From: a virus | Direction: 5' to 3' (one strand) | IMG/VR virus record: IMGVR_UViG_3300025872_000051 | Coordinates: 1 to 64,000 of that record | DNA: 64,000 nucleotides | Part shown: positions 16,981-24,803 of the stretch, one piece after another | How positions within the stretch are numbered: the first letter of the stretch is position 1 | Layout: the number at the start of each line of letters is the position of its first letter | Translations under genes and position numbers: made by a program | Notes under the pieces: generated by a model | The model's input: only the letters and a program-made list of their open reading frames with translations | Told to the model about the DNA's origin: nothing | Database searches by the model: none

Positions 16981-17702
16981 ATCTATTTCACGGCGATTGT
17001 TTAGACATTCTGCCAACACTTGCAGACAACTCTGTAGATCTGGTGTTGGTAGATTTGCCATACGGTACAACAGCGTGTAAATGGGATTCTATCATTCCTC
17101 TGGACAAATTGTGGGAGCAATATAACAGAATCTGTAAGGAAGATGGTGCAATGGTATTCACTGCAGCACAACCTTTCACCACTATACTTGCAGCATCAAA
17201 TCTTGAGAACCTTCGTTATGAATGGATTTGGGAAAAACCGCAAGGAACTAATCCTATGAACGCGAAAGTTATGCCTCTCAAGTCACACGAAAACATCCTG
17301 GTCTTTTATAGAAAGAAACCCACATACAATCCTCAGATGTGGTACTCTACACCTTACAGTGGTTTCTCATCAGAAACCAGTAAGATTGGTGAGGTTTATG
17401 GTAAAGCAAAGAGCAAGCATAGGGATAATCCTGATGGATCAAGATACCCTAAGACAGTATTGCGATTCAAGCAAGAAAAGGGTCTGCATCCTACACAAAA
17501 ACCTGTTGATTTGATGGAGTATCTAATCAAAACGTACACTAACGAAGGTGATACTGTGCTAGACAATACGATGGGATCAGGTACAACTGGTGTAGCATGT
17601 GTGAACACCAACAGAAACTTTGTGGGTATTGAGAGTGATGAGAAATACTACAAGATCGCTGAGGAAAGGATCAACAACCCACTCTTAAATGCTATGAATT
17701 AA
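16974..17702 (+). CDS. DNA methyltransferase, beta class (DLPY, probably N6-adenine)
   Basis: GDCL...DLVLVDLPY...HPTQKPV.L..YLI...VLDNTMGSGTT. Confidence 0.9.
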   Translation: MVNLFHGDCLDILPTLADNSVDLVLVDLPYGTTACKWDSIIPLDKLWEQYNRICKEDGAMVFTAAQPFTTILAASNLENLRYEWIWEKPQGTNPMNAKVMPLKSHENILVFYRKKPTYNPQMWYSTPYSGFSSETSKIGEVYGKAKSKHRDNPDGSRYPKTVLRFKQEKGLHPTQKPVDLMEYLIKTYTNEGDTVLDNTMGSGTTGVACVNTNRNFVGIESDEKYYKIAEERINNPLLNAMN

Positions 17703-17735
17703 AATAGCTCACCTCCAAAGTGTCCTAGTAGTATG
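17701..17735 (+). repeat. 32-bp repeat, copy 8
   Basis: AAAATAGCTCACCTCCAAAGTGTCCTAGTAGT-ATG. Confidence 0.95.
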
Positions 17736-17972
17736 AGCAACAACATCGTTTCCGAAATCTACTCCTACCACACAAACTGGAAGGAGGGTAAAGTCAACCA
17801 GATGTGGATTGAGCAATCTGGTGATGAGAACAAAGGTTATTCTTTCGTCGCTGTAGCACACAATCCCCGCAATGGTAAGACGATGGAAATGTCTAACCCT
17901 CGCACATCTTACCGTGAAACTCTAGAATGGGTTCGTGGTTGGTGTGGTACTTTTTGTGTTCTTCCTGTTTGA
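17733..17972 (+). CDS. Small hypothetical protein
   Basis: Starts at the repeat ATG. Confidence 0.65.
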   Translation: MSNNIVSEIYSYHTNWKEGKVNQMWIEQSGDENKGYSFVAVAHNPRNGKTMEMSNPRTSYRETLEWVRGWCGTFCVLPV

Positions 17973-18006
17973 TTTCTTACACTCAACTCAACAACTTTAA
18001 CTCTTT

Positions 18007-18210
18007 GTGACTGATAAAGAACAACAAATCCCTAAAGATGGCGAACGTTGCATTAACGTGCGTCGTCAAGATAATGGTTTGTGGGAGGTTCACATCCAAG
18101 TTTTCAAGTTCAACAAACTTCGAGGTGATTCTTATTGGAACACTTTGGCGTATAGGACATATCAAAAAAAATCTGATGCTGAACGTTATGCTGCAAGATT
18201 TGTGAACTGA
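18007..18210 (+). CDS. Small hypothetical protein
   Basis: ORF track. Confidence 0.5.
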   Translation: MTDKEQQIPKDGERCINVRRQDNGLWEVHIQVFKFNKLRGDSYWNTLAYRTYQKKSDAERYAARFVN

Positions 18211-18378
18211 TGAACAAAACCTTCGGTTCTTCTGCTATTCAAGTTTCCTGATTATGAAAACCAACTCTAACTCTTCTTGGATTGATGAACTGATTAAATG
18301 GGAAAATGCTCATCCTGAGTATCAACCATTTGAGGAGGATGAAAACTCTCAACGCCGACAAAACCAGAAAGAAGATTA

Positions 18379-18579
18379 TTGATTATGACTACTGATTTAC
18401 TCAAACTCTATAAACTTTGCATCCTTGATTTACTGATTGCGATTGATGAGGATGTAGTAGATTGGAGGAACTATCCTAAACTTTGGGAAGCAATCCGATT
18501 TGCTGATACTACTCTTGACCTCTGGGCAGGAGATAATCTCAAACAGATGAAAGAACAACTTTGGAATGAACTGAAATGA
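18379..18579 (+). CDS. Small hypothetical protein
   Basis: ORF track. Confidence 0.55.
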   Translation: MIMTTDLLKLYKLCILDLLIAIDEDVVDWRNYPKLWEAIRFADTTLDLWAGDNLKQMKEQLWNELK

Positions 18580-18733
18580 AAAACTATCGCGTGATGGTTG
18601 AAACTAAAGATGGATGTTGTACTATTTGGTATGAGAAATCCAACGCAAAGACCGCAGACAAACTTATCCTAAATCGCGTCTATAATCAACTCTGCGGTCT
18701 CAACATTAAAGAAATCTCTGTTATTCCTTCTGT

Positions 18734-19006
18734 TTGATTATGTACCGCACACTTTCTGAACTTCGCAACAGCATTAACAAACTGATTGAGCAACAAGGTG
18801 AAGACGCACCTTGCGCTGCATTTGTATTCACCAAAGAAGATGTTTTTGAGTTTGGTGAGAATGATGAGGAAAATCATTTTCCTATTGTTTTCACTCAAGA
18901 TGTTCTCTGTGATGTAGGAGGATGTTCCTACATTTACGAACAGGTTGGTGAAATGATTGACGATTCAATCCGCCTTCGTAAGAAACTCCCACTCTACGCT
19001 AACTGA
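18734..19006 (+). CDS. Hypothetical protein
   Basis: ORF track. Confidence 0.6.
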   Translation: MIMYRTLSELRNSINKLIEQQGEDAPCAAFVFTKEDVFEFGENDEENHFPIVFTQDVLCDVGGCSYIYEQVGEMIDDSIRLRKKLPLYAN

Positions 19007-19008
19007 TT

Positions 19009-19251
19009 ATGTCTGACCTGCAAGAGTTCTACGATTATGTTCTCTCTTTCTATGGTGCTGATGGATTGTATCCTATGGGTGCAACTCTGAGCGTCATCAA
19101 GCAAGCAACATCCACACACATTAAGATACTTAAACTGAAAGGAAATGAGTTCTGTGGTGATAGTATTGACCGCGAATGTGTGCGGGATTTGTTAATCTCA
19201 AAATATGGTCTGACCTTCCCAACTGCTCCCGTCTCACTTGCGTCTCGCTGA
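19009..19251 (+). CDS. Conserved cyanophage protein (FYDYVLSFYG...GDSIDRE)
   Basis: ORF track. Confidence 0.65.
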   Translation: MSDLQEFYDYVLSFYGADGLYPMGATLSVIKQATSTHIKILKLKGNEFCGDSIDRECVRDLLISKYGLTFPTAPVSLASR

Positions 19252-19349
19252 GAACCCTGTCCACCACTAGACCAAAAACCTGATTTTTCTGCAATTTCAC
19301 CTGACAGACCCCATAGGTCATCTGCTGCAGAGAAATTAACGATTTTTTC
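19246..19349 (+). repeat. 104-bp intergenic element, copy B
   Basis: Aligns without gaps to 11588-11691. Confidence 0.85.
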
Positions 19350-19513
19350 CAAACTCTAAACAATCCAATGAAATACATCGTTCAACTCTATCAAGGTGGC
19401 AAAGTGTTCACTGAGGAAGTGTATGCTAGCACACCCAAAGATGCCCGTGAAACTGCACTCATTCGCAACCCAACTTGTAAGGTAGTTGGAGTGAACGCAA
19501 AGTTCAACTGATT

Positions 19514-19548
19514 AAAATAGCTCACCTCTAAAGTGTCCTAGTAGTATG
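19514..19548 (+). repeat. 32-bp repeat, copy 9
   Basis: AAAATAGCTCACCTCTAAAGTGTCCTAGTAGT-ATG. Confidence 0.95.
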
Positions 19549-19716
19549 ACTGACACTTTCACCGTTCGTTTCTGGTCTGAATCTCTTGATTCTCCAGAAT
19601 ACATTGGACCTTTCTACTCTGAAGAAGATGCCCAAGATTATTGCGATGCCCGCAACGGTTCGCTATCTCTAAGCGGTATTCCTTCCTGGGTTGCAAACTA
19701 CTCTATCGTTGACTGA
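19546..19716 (+). CDS. Small acidic protein (56 aa)
   Basis: Hand-translated MTDTFTVRFW...YIGPF.SEEDAQ. Confidence 0.6.
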   Translation: MTDTFTVRFWSESLDSPEYIGPFYSEEDAQDYCDARNGSLSLSGIPSWVANYSIVD

Positions 19717-19718
19717 TT

Positions 19719-19922
19719 ATGCTCTTCCAAGTTACTGAAATTGAGTTTGATTTTGAGATGGAGGATGATGAATATCCTTCAGATGATTATCAACAAGCAC
19801 TCACAGAAGAAACAATCGGTCAAATCTGGGAAGCAGATGATGAGGATGATCTAGTTGAAGAGATTACCTGTGCGACAGGTTGGTGCATTAAATCCATTGA
19901 TTATCGTCACATTCTGAAATGA
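19719..19922 (+). CDS. Highly acidic small protein
   Basis: ORF track; EMEDDE...EADDEDDLVEE. Confidence 0.65.
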   Translation: MLFQVTEIEFDFEMEDDEYPSDDYQQALTEETIGQIWEADDEDDLVEEITCATGWCIKSIDYRHILK

Positions 19923-20055
19923 GAATTGTCCTTCTCTTCGCTACACTTTTCGTTGGTATTCAGTTCGGAGCAAATGCTATCGCAACCGTGAGTGAGTATC
20001 AAGAACAGCAAGCAGATCGCTTCTGTGAAATCAACCCCAACTACTGCAACGCAAA

Positions 20056-20274
20056 ATGAACATTACTCAAGAACAATACGATCTACTGGTTGCAAAATAC
20101 GCCAGCGACATTGTAGAAGGAATGGATATGGACAGTTTGATAGAGTTTGCGTGTGATACGATTGAAGAAAATCTCCGCAAGATGCACCCCAATTCTGATG
20201 AACTTCTCCAAGAGATTTCAGAGGTTTATGGTGAAGATTATGCGGAAGAGTTCGTGCAAAGTGTAATTGAATGA
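20056..20274 (+). CDS. Acidic small protein
   Basis: ORF track. Confidence 0.6.
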   Translation: MNITQEQYDLLVAKYASDIVEGMDMDSLIEFACDTIEENLRKMHPNSDELLQEISEVYGEDYAEEFVQSVIE

Positions 20275-20555
20275 CACGCAGAAGTTTAACACTCAAACCG
20301 CCTTGCAAAGTGAAAACAATTCTCCTGATTTTCACCGTTGCGTTTATACTCTCGCCAGGAGTTCGTAACGTTACCGCTAACACATTGCACACCGTCGCTG
20401 ATATTATTCAACCACAATGATTGAAACTGATTTCTTTATTCTCTCACAAGAACAGTATCAGCAAACTCTCCAAGATGCTGCCATTGAAGGTGTATCTGTT
20501 GACTACTATTTGCTGGAGTTTTGTACTGTTGAAGGTGAGTGGGTTACAGTGGAAT

Positions 20556-20590
20556 AAAATAGCTCACCTCTAAAGTGTCCCAATAGTATG
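20556..20590 (+). repeat. 32-bp repeat, copy 10
   Basis: AAAATAGCTCACCTCTAAAGTGTCCCAATAGT-ATG. Confidence 0.95.
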
Positions 20591-20836
20591 AACGACCAAA
20601 CCTCCTACACTTCTCCTCACACTGGTAACATTTATCAGTGTATTGTTGAGAAGAATTGGCGTCAATCTTGGGACGCAAATGGTAATGCTTTCAAGAAGTA
20701 TTACAACACTTATAGTTTCTTTCTGAATGGAGAGTTTATCACTAAAACTCTTCACAATGATGAAAAGACTCTAAGCACAACGTTTGGAGAGTTGGAGGGA
20801 GTTTATACTCCTTGGATGACATCTGCAAGGGATTAA
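20588..20836 (+). CDS. Hypothetical protein filling a single-gene cassette exactly
   Basis: ATG from repeat copy 10, TAA overlapping repeat copy 11. Confidence 0.65.
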   Translation: MNDQTSYTSPHTGNIYQCIVEKNWRQSWDANGNAFKKYYNTYSFFLNGEFITKTLHNDEKTLSTTFGELEGVYTPWMTSARD

Positions 20837-20869
20837 AATTACTCACCTCCAAAGCGTCCTAGTAGTATG
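20835..20869 (+). repeat. 32-bp repeat, copy 11
   Basis: AAAATTACTCACCTCCAAAGCGTCCTAGTAGT-ATG. Confidence 0.93.
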
Positions 20870-21154
20870 AACACAAACGATCTCCTAGACAGCATCAAAC
20901 TCTCTGAGCAACTGGCGCTGGAAAACTATCAACAACGCAACGGTGTTGTTGATTATCGCCTTGACGGAGTTTGCAATCATTACTTCGCAAAGTATGATTG
21001 GAATGGTAAGCGTGACGGTGAGATTTGTCTCACTTGTAAAGTTTCCAAAACCGTAAAAGGTTCGCTCCGTTACACTTTCCAGATTGACGGTAAGCGTATC
21101 GCATACAAAGAGATTTGGACTAAGTTTAACTCTCTTGGTGCATTTCGCATCTGA
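20867..21154 (+). CDS. Hypothetical protein
   Basis: Starts at the repeat ATG. Confidence 0.65.
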   Translation: MNTNDLLDSIKLSEQLALENYQQRNGVVDYRLDGVCNHYFAKYDWNGKRDGEICLTCKVSKTVKGSLRYTFQIDGKRIAYKEIWTKFNSLGAFRI

Positions 21155-21191
21155 TTTTTCTCACAAACTCATTCATTCTTAAGTAACACAA

Positions 21192-21458
21192 ATGACGATG
21201 ACTTCTCAAACGATTACTCTTGAACAGTTCCACGATTTGCTTTCTGATGCTTATGCTGTGAGTGTGAACGATACTCTATACTTTGTAGGGTATGATACAG
21301 ATGACAATCCTTACATTTCCGACAATGATGGGCAGGATTATGTTGACCTTTCTACTGTAGATGGTGATATTGAAGTTCACAAAAACTATGTGTTCTTTCA
21401 TGTGAACGGTGAACCTCTTCAGATGGTTTTTCTCAACATTAAACCGCTTAATTTCTGA
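21192..21458 (+). CDS. Acidic hypothetical protein
   Basis: ORF track. Confidence 0.6.
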   Translation: MTMTSQTITLEQFHDLLSDAYAVSVNDTLYFVGYDTDDNPYISDNDGQDYVDLSTVDGDIEVHKNYVFFHVNGEPLQMVFLNIKPLNF

Positions 21459-21659
21459 ACTGAAATGACTAGCACTTTTTATCTTGTTCGCGCTGAGAAT
21501 CGCCGTGAACCTGAATCATATGTTTGCGGTCTTTATGTAACAGAAACTGAAGCACAAGAGCGAGTTGATTCTCTAAAAGAAGAATACGATTTTGCCTGGT
21601 TTGATGACATTCAAGTCGGTGATCTAGATCTCTGTAATCGCTGAAATCTCCAAGCGATT

Positions 21660-21694
21660 AAAGTTACTCACCTCCAAAGTGTCCCAGTAGTATA
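21660..21694 (+). repeat. 32-bp repeat, copy 12
   Basis: AAAGTTACTCACCTCCAAAGTGTCCCAGTAGT-ATA. Confidence 0.93.
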
Positions 21695-21719
21695 ACCACC
21701 ACACTTTCCCAACCACAAA

Positions 21720-22031
21720 ATGCGTAAGATTGAAGCACAAATGAACCGCGCAATCTCCCAAGAGATTGATTGGCAAAAAGACAACACTCAAGTTATCAAC
21801 ATTGAAGGCGTAAGTTTCGTCTATCTGTATAGCAATCTGATTGCTATGGTTGGTGATACTTGGTTGGAACTGTTTGATGGCGGACATCAAACAAATACCA
21901 CCAAATCGCGTCTCAATGCTATTCTTGCAGAGCACGGAACTGGTGAGCGTGTTTATCAAAAAGATTTCACTTGGTTTGTATCAACATCCAACGGTGAAGT
22001 TCCTTTCAACAATGGTATCAAACTTTCCTGA
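21720..22031 (+). CDS. Conserved phage protein (MRKIE..MN.AI...TTKSRLNA)
   Basis: ORF track. Confidence 0.7.
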   Translation: MRKIEAQMNRAISQEIDWQKDNTQVINIEGVSFVYLYSNLIAMVGDTWLELFDGGHQTNTTKSRLNAILAEHGTGERVYQKDFTWFVSTSNGEVPFNNGIKLS

Positions 22032-22228
22032 TGACTGAATCTCAAATCCTTCAACTTCGTTTTCTTTGTAGTGATGTGATTTTCGATTTTGAGTTTACAC
22101 AATTCCTGATTGATAATCCACAAGACAAAGACAAAATCAAACAAAAAGCGCAACAATACTACAACAAACTTCAAGCAATTCTTGGTGATGCCTATGTCCC
22201 TGATTCTGAAATGTCTCTCCCGTGCTGA
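22031..22228 (+). CDS. Small hypothetical protein
   Basis: ORF track. Confidence 0.55.
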   Translation: MTESQILQLRFLCSDVIFDFEFTQFLIDNPQDKDKIKQKAQQYYNKLQAILGDAYVPDSEMSLPC

Positions 22229-22496
22229 GGAGTTAGCAAACGAAATCAATGGTGATTTGTTCTATGTACCTGAAGAAGATGTCCAACAACTTATCTCCAA
22301 ACTCACCGAAGATAATGTAGAAGAGATTGCATCAGAACTCGCAGATTTAGCATACTGGTTTAACTAAAATGTTCGTTATTCGTTACTTCCGTCCTTATAC
22401 TCAAGAATGGAATACTCAGTCATTCAGTACACTTGAAGAAGCACAATCTATGATTGACTTCTATCGTTCTTGCGGTTCCCCTGCTAATCTTATCAA

Positions 22497-22772
22497 ATGA
22501 AAGTCGCTCCAATTTCTTTCGCCAAAGCGTCCAATCGTTCCAACTATTATTGTACTTTAATCAACAATCTGTATAAGAAAGGTTATACGACTCAACAGAT
22601 TGCAGATGAGTTAGGTATGGGAAAGACATCAGTTCGTTATTACTATTATGGTCTACATAACTGTTCTGAAGCACAGTATCATTGGAAAAATGCTTTCAAT
22701 GCAAATAAAGAACTCGGATACATTCAGCACAGTTTAACACAAATTCGCGTCGGTACTTCTGTTCCTATTTGA
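22497..22772 (+). CDS. Helix-turn-helix DNA-binding protein
   Basis: KGYTTQQIADELGMGKTSVRYY. Confidence 0.7.
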   Translation: MKVAPISFAKASNRSNYYCTLINNLYKKGYTTQQIADELGMGKTSVRYYYYGLHNCSEAQYHWKNAFNANKELGYIQHSLTQIRVGTSVPI

Positions 22773-22919
22773 TGTTATGACAATCACAAGTTTCTATAAC
22801 GGAGAATCGTATTCTAAGTTTGATTCGTATTATGAACCAGAGCACGATGATGTAATGGATGCAGATGATTATGAACGTAGAGAGTATTATCGTAATGGAT
22901 GGAATGAAGAGCAATACGA

Positions 22920-23068
22920 TAGACAAAGGTTCTGAGTTATGATATAATGAAGAGGAAGGGAGTTTGCCTCTATTCAGTAAACAAAGTGACTTCCGTAGAG
23001 TATAGATAATTTCCAATAAAAGGTGGTTGGGTGTATAAGAGAGGGACTGGTAATCCCTCTCTTTTTTT
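22920..23068 (+). ncRNA. Candidate small structured RNA with its own promoter and terminator
   Basis: TAGACA-17 bp-TATAAT (22920-22948); no credible ORF; terminator at 23037-23068. Confidence 0.45.
23037..23068 (+). terminator. Intrinsic terminator between convergent units
   Basis: AAGAGAGGGA-ctggtaa-TCCCTCTCTT followed by a T run. Confidence 0.8.
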
Positions 23069-23570
23069 ATGTCAACAAACGACGTAATCCGTATTGCATA
23101 ATGTAACTGTCTAATGCACTTTCAATGATAGTATTGAAGAATGTATTGTTATCAGGAACTGGTAATCCTTTTCTTATAGAAGCAGAGTAAACGTTCTTTA
23201 TTTTTTCTGCTACAAAATCGTCAACAATATAACCATCAAACTGCTTTTGTTTCTTATCCTCTTTCCATTCAATGTTCTCTAATCTGTTATCACTTTTATC
23301 ACCATTCTTATGTTCAACATCGCGTGAAATGTTGTCAGTAGGAATGAAAGCAAGTGCCATCAATCTATGAACAGAAAAGTTCTTTAATCGTCCTGTATTA
23401 TCCGTTAATCTTACAAATCTATCTGCTGATGTTTTGCTCTTCCAACCAGGAGAAAGTTTCTTTGATTTGTTATTCTTAAAGGACCAAACATTACCCTCTG
23501 TGTCTATACCATAATCAGGGTAACATTTCAGTGCTTCAACATTAGAGAAGTGCTTGATTCTTGTCTCCAT
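23067..23570 (-). CDS. NUMOD4/HNH (I-HmuI-like) homing endonuclease or a derivative
   Basis: Y.I...GNVWS...VHRLMALAFIP...HKNGDKSDNRLENIEW. Confidence 0.8.
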   Translation of the reverse strand: METRIKHFSNVEALKCYPDYGIDTEGNVWSFKNNKSKKLSPGWKSKTSADRFVRLTDNTGRLKNFSVHRLMALAFIPTDNISRDVEHKNGDKSDNRLENIEWKEDKKQKQFDGYIVDDFVAEKIKNVYSASIRKGLPVPDNNTFFNTIIESALDSYIMQYGLRRLLT

Positions 23571-23739
23571 TTGTGTGTTTTTTCCTGTCTGATTTATGTA
23601 GGGAAAAAGAGATTTCCACTTGTGGAAAACGTGAAATGAGTTATAATGCGTGAAATAAAGGTGTTGTGAAAAGTGTATAGAATGTGAGGGTATTCTCTCT
23701 GTATTCTTATAAATGTGCTGAGACCTTGTTATCTAAGCG

Positions 23740-23870
23740 AGCATACACAAAGGAACGCGATTTGTCAACCCCCAAAGTCACAAAATCCTCACAAGACCCC
23801 CGCAAAATCCCCCGGAGCGCCCCTAAATACTCCTCAGGTACTTGACACTTACCCCAAGACATTATAGAAT
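23740..23870. promoter_or_regulatory. Divergent sigma70-like promoters plus a late promoter
   Basis: Minus strand TTGACA(23768-63)-17 bp-TATGCT; plus strand TTGACA(23842)-17 bp-TAGAAT; CCTAAATA at 23822. Confidence 0.65.
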
Positions 23871-23897
23871 GTTTCCATAGCACACAGGAGCGTACTT

Positions 23898-24071
23898 ATG
23901 TCAGTTGTGTATCACCAGGCACAGAAGCAGCGTTATAGGGTAACTCTAGAACTCAATGTCCTATCCGACTTCGATCCACACCAAATTGACTGGGAGAAAC
24001 TATTCAAATTGGAACCTGCAGAGAGGTGTGAAGCATACGTGGAGGATCTAGATTGCCCCTCTAAGTGGTAA
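23898..24071 (+). CDS. Conserved small cyanophage protein (57 aa, RVTLEL.V..DFDPHQIDW)
   Basis: Hand-translated; AGGAG Shine-Dalgarno site upstream. Confidence 0.7.
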   Translation: MSVVYHQAQKQRYRVTLELNVLSDFDPHQIDWEKLFKLEPAERCEAYVEDLDCPSKW

Positions 24072-24083
24072 AATAGGCACTTT

Positions 24084-24137
24084 TAGTTTTGATAGCATAA
24101 CCCCCCCTAAATACCCCTAGTTATGCTATCAAAACTA
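24084..24137 (+). promoter_or_regulatory. Perfect 18-bp inverted repeat with a late promoter in the loop
   Basis: TAGTTTTGATAGCATAAC / GTTATGCTATCAAAACTA with CTAAATA between; right arm ends at ATG 24137. Confidence 0.8.
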
Positions 24138-24316
24138 TGAGACCATTAAAGTATAAGAATTTGGGCAATGGAGTGATGATTCGCGTCCCTGAAATCGTCA
24201 CCACAATTCTACCACAACTGCAAGACGTTATGCAACAGTTAGAGGATAACGGTGAGGATAGTCGTGAGGTGATAATGCAGATTCTCAGTGATGTTGAGGA
24301 TCGCATCAATTCATAG
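24137..24316 (+). CDS. Small protein, possibly a ribbon-helix-helix regulator (59 aa)
   Basis: Hand-translated MRPLKYKNLGNGVMIRVPE... Confidence 0.5.
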   Translation: MRPLKYKNLGNGVMIRVPEIVTTILPQLQDVMQQLEDNGEDSREVIMQILSDVEDRINS

Positions 24317-24320
24317 TATT

Positions 24321-24355
24321 ATAATAGCTCACCTCTAAAGTGTCTCAGTAGTATA
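24321..24355 (+). repeat. 32-bp repeat, copy 13
   Basis: ATAATAGCTCACCTCTAAAGTGTCTCAGTAGT-ATA. Confidence 0.93.
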
Positions 24356-24411
24356 AGGGCGCCACACTCTACACGGCGTTCTTATCACAAACACTTTCAC
24401 TTTTCGTTGTT

Positions 24412-24756
24412 ATGAATTCCGCCCAAATCCTGACGTTCACTGAAGCATTTCCTCCCGCTCATAAGTTGACTGAAACTCTGATGAACATTGACTATAAAAA
24501 GCACCTGAACACCTATATGGATGGTGTTATGAATGTCTGTGCATTTATCGCTGTGATCGCTACTCTGATCGCCTCTAAGTGGCAGGAGAATGATGTTACT
24601 GAGCGTCTGCAAATCGCTGCTCTGAACGTTATCACCTGGACCCGCAACGTTGCAGTCCCCGCTGTGAAGAACGCAGCAACTGTAACTTATAACGCAGGTC
24701 AGAAAGTGCGTGAGGTTTATGATGTGATCTCTTCGCCTCTGTTCATTACTCTTTGA
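24412..24756 (+). CDS. Hypothetical membrane-associated protein in a single-gene cassette
   Basis: ORF track; hydrophobic VCAFIAVIATLIA. Confidence 0.65.
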   Translation: MNSAQILTFTEAFPPAHKLTETLMNIDYKKHLNTYMDGVMNVCAFIAVIATLIASKWQENDVTERLQIAALNVITWTRNVAVPAVKNAATVTYNAGQKVREVYDVISSPLFITL

Positions 24757-24768
24757 GTTGTAAGCATT

Positions 24769-24803
24769 ATAATATCTCACCTCTAAAGTGTCTCAGTAGT
24801 ATA
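24769..24803 (+). repeat. 32-bp repeat, copy 14
   Basis: ATAATATCTCACCTCTAAAGTGTCTCAGTAGT-ATA. Confidence 0.93.

Noticed and set aside
8461-24803. 32-bp repeat as a CRISPR array or TIGR-type guide array
   Set aside because: Intervals are 279-2936 bp and contain whole genes; no cas-like or Nop-domain gene was recognised in the window
8461-24803. Repeat as a classical integron attC site
   Set aside because: No RYYYAAC/GTTRRRY ends, no long imperfect palindrome and no tyrosine recombinase in the window; only the cassette-like layout is analogous
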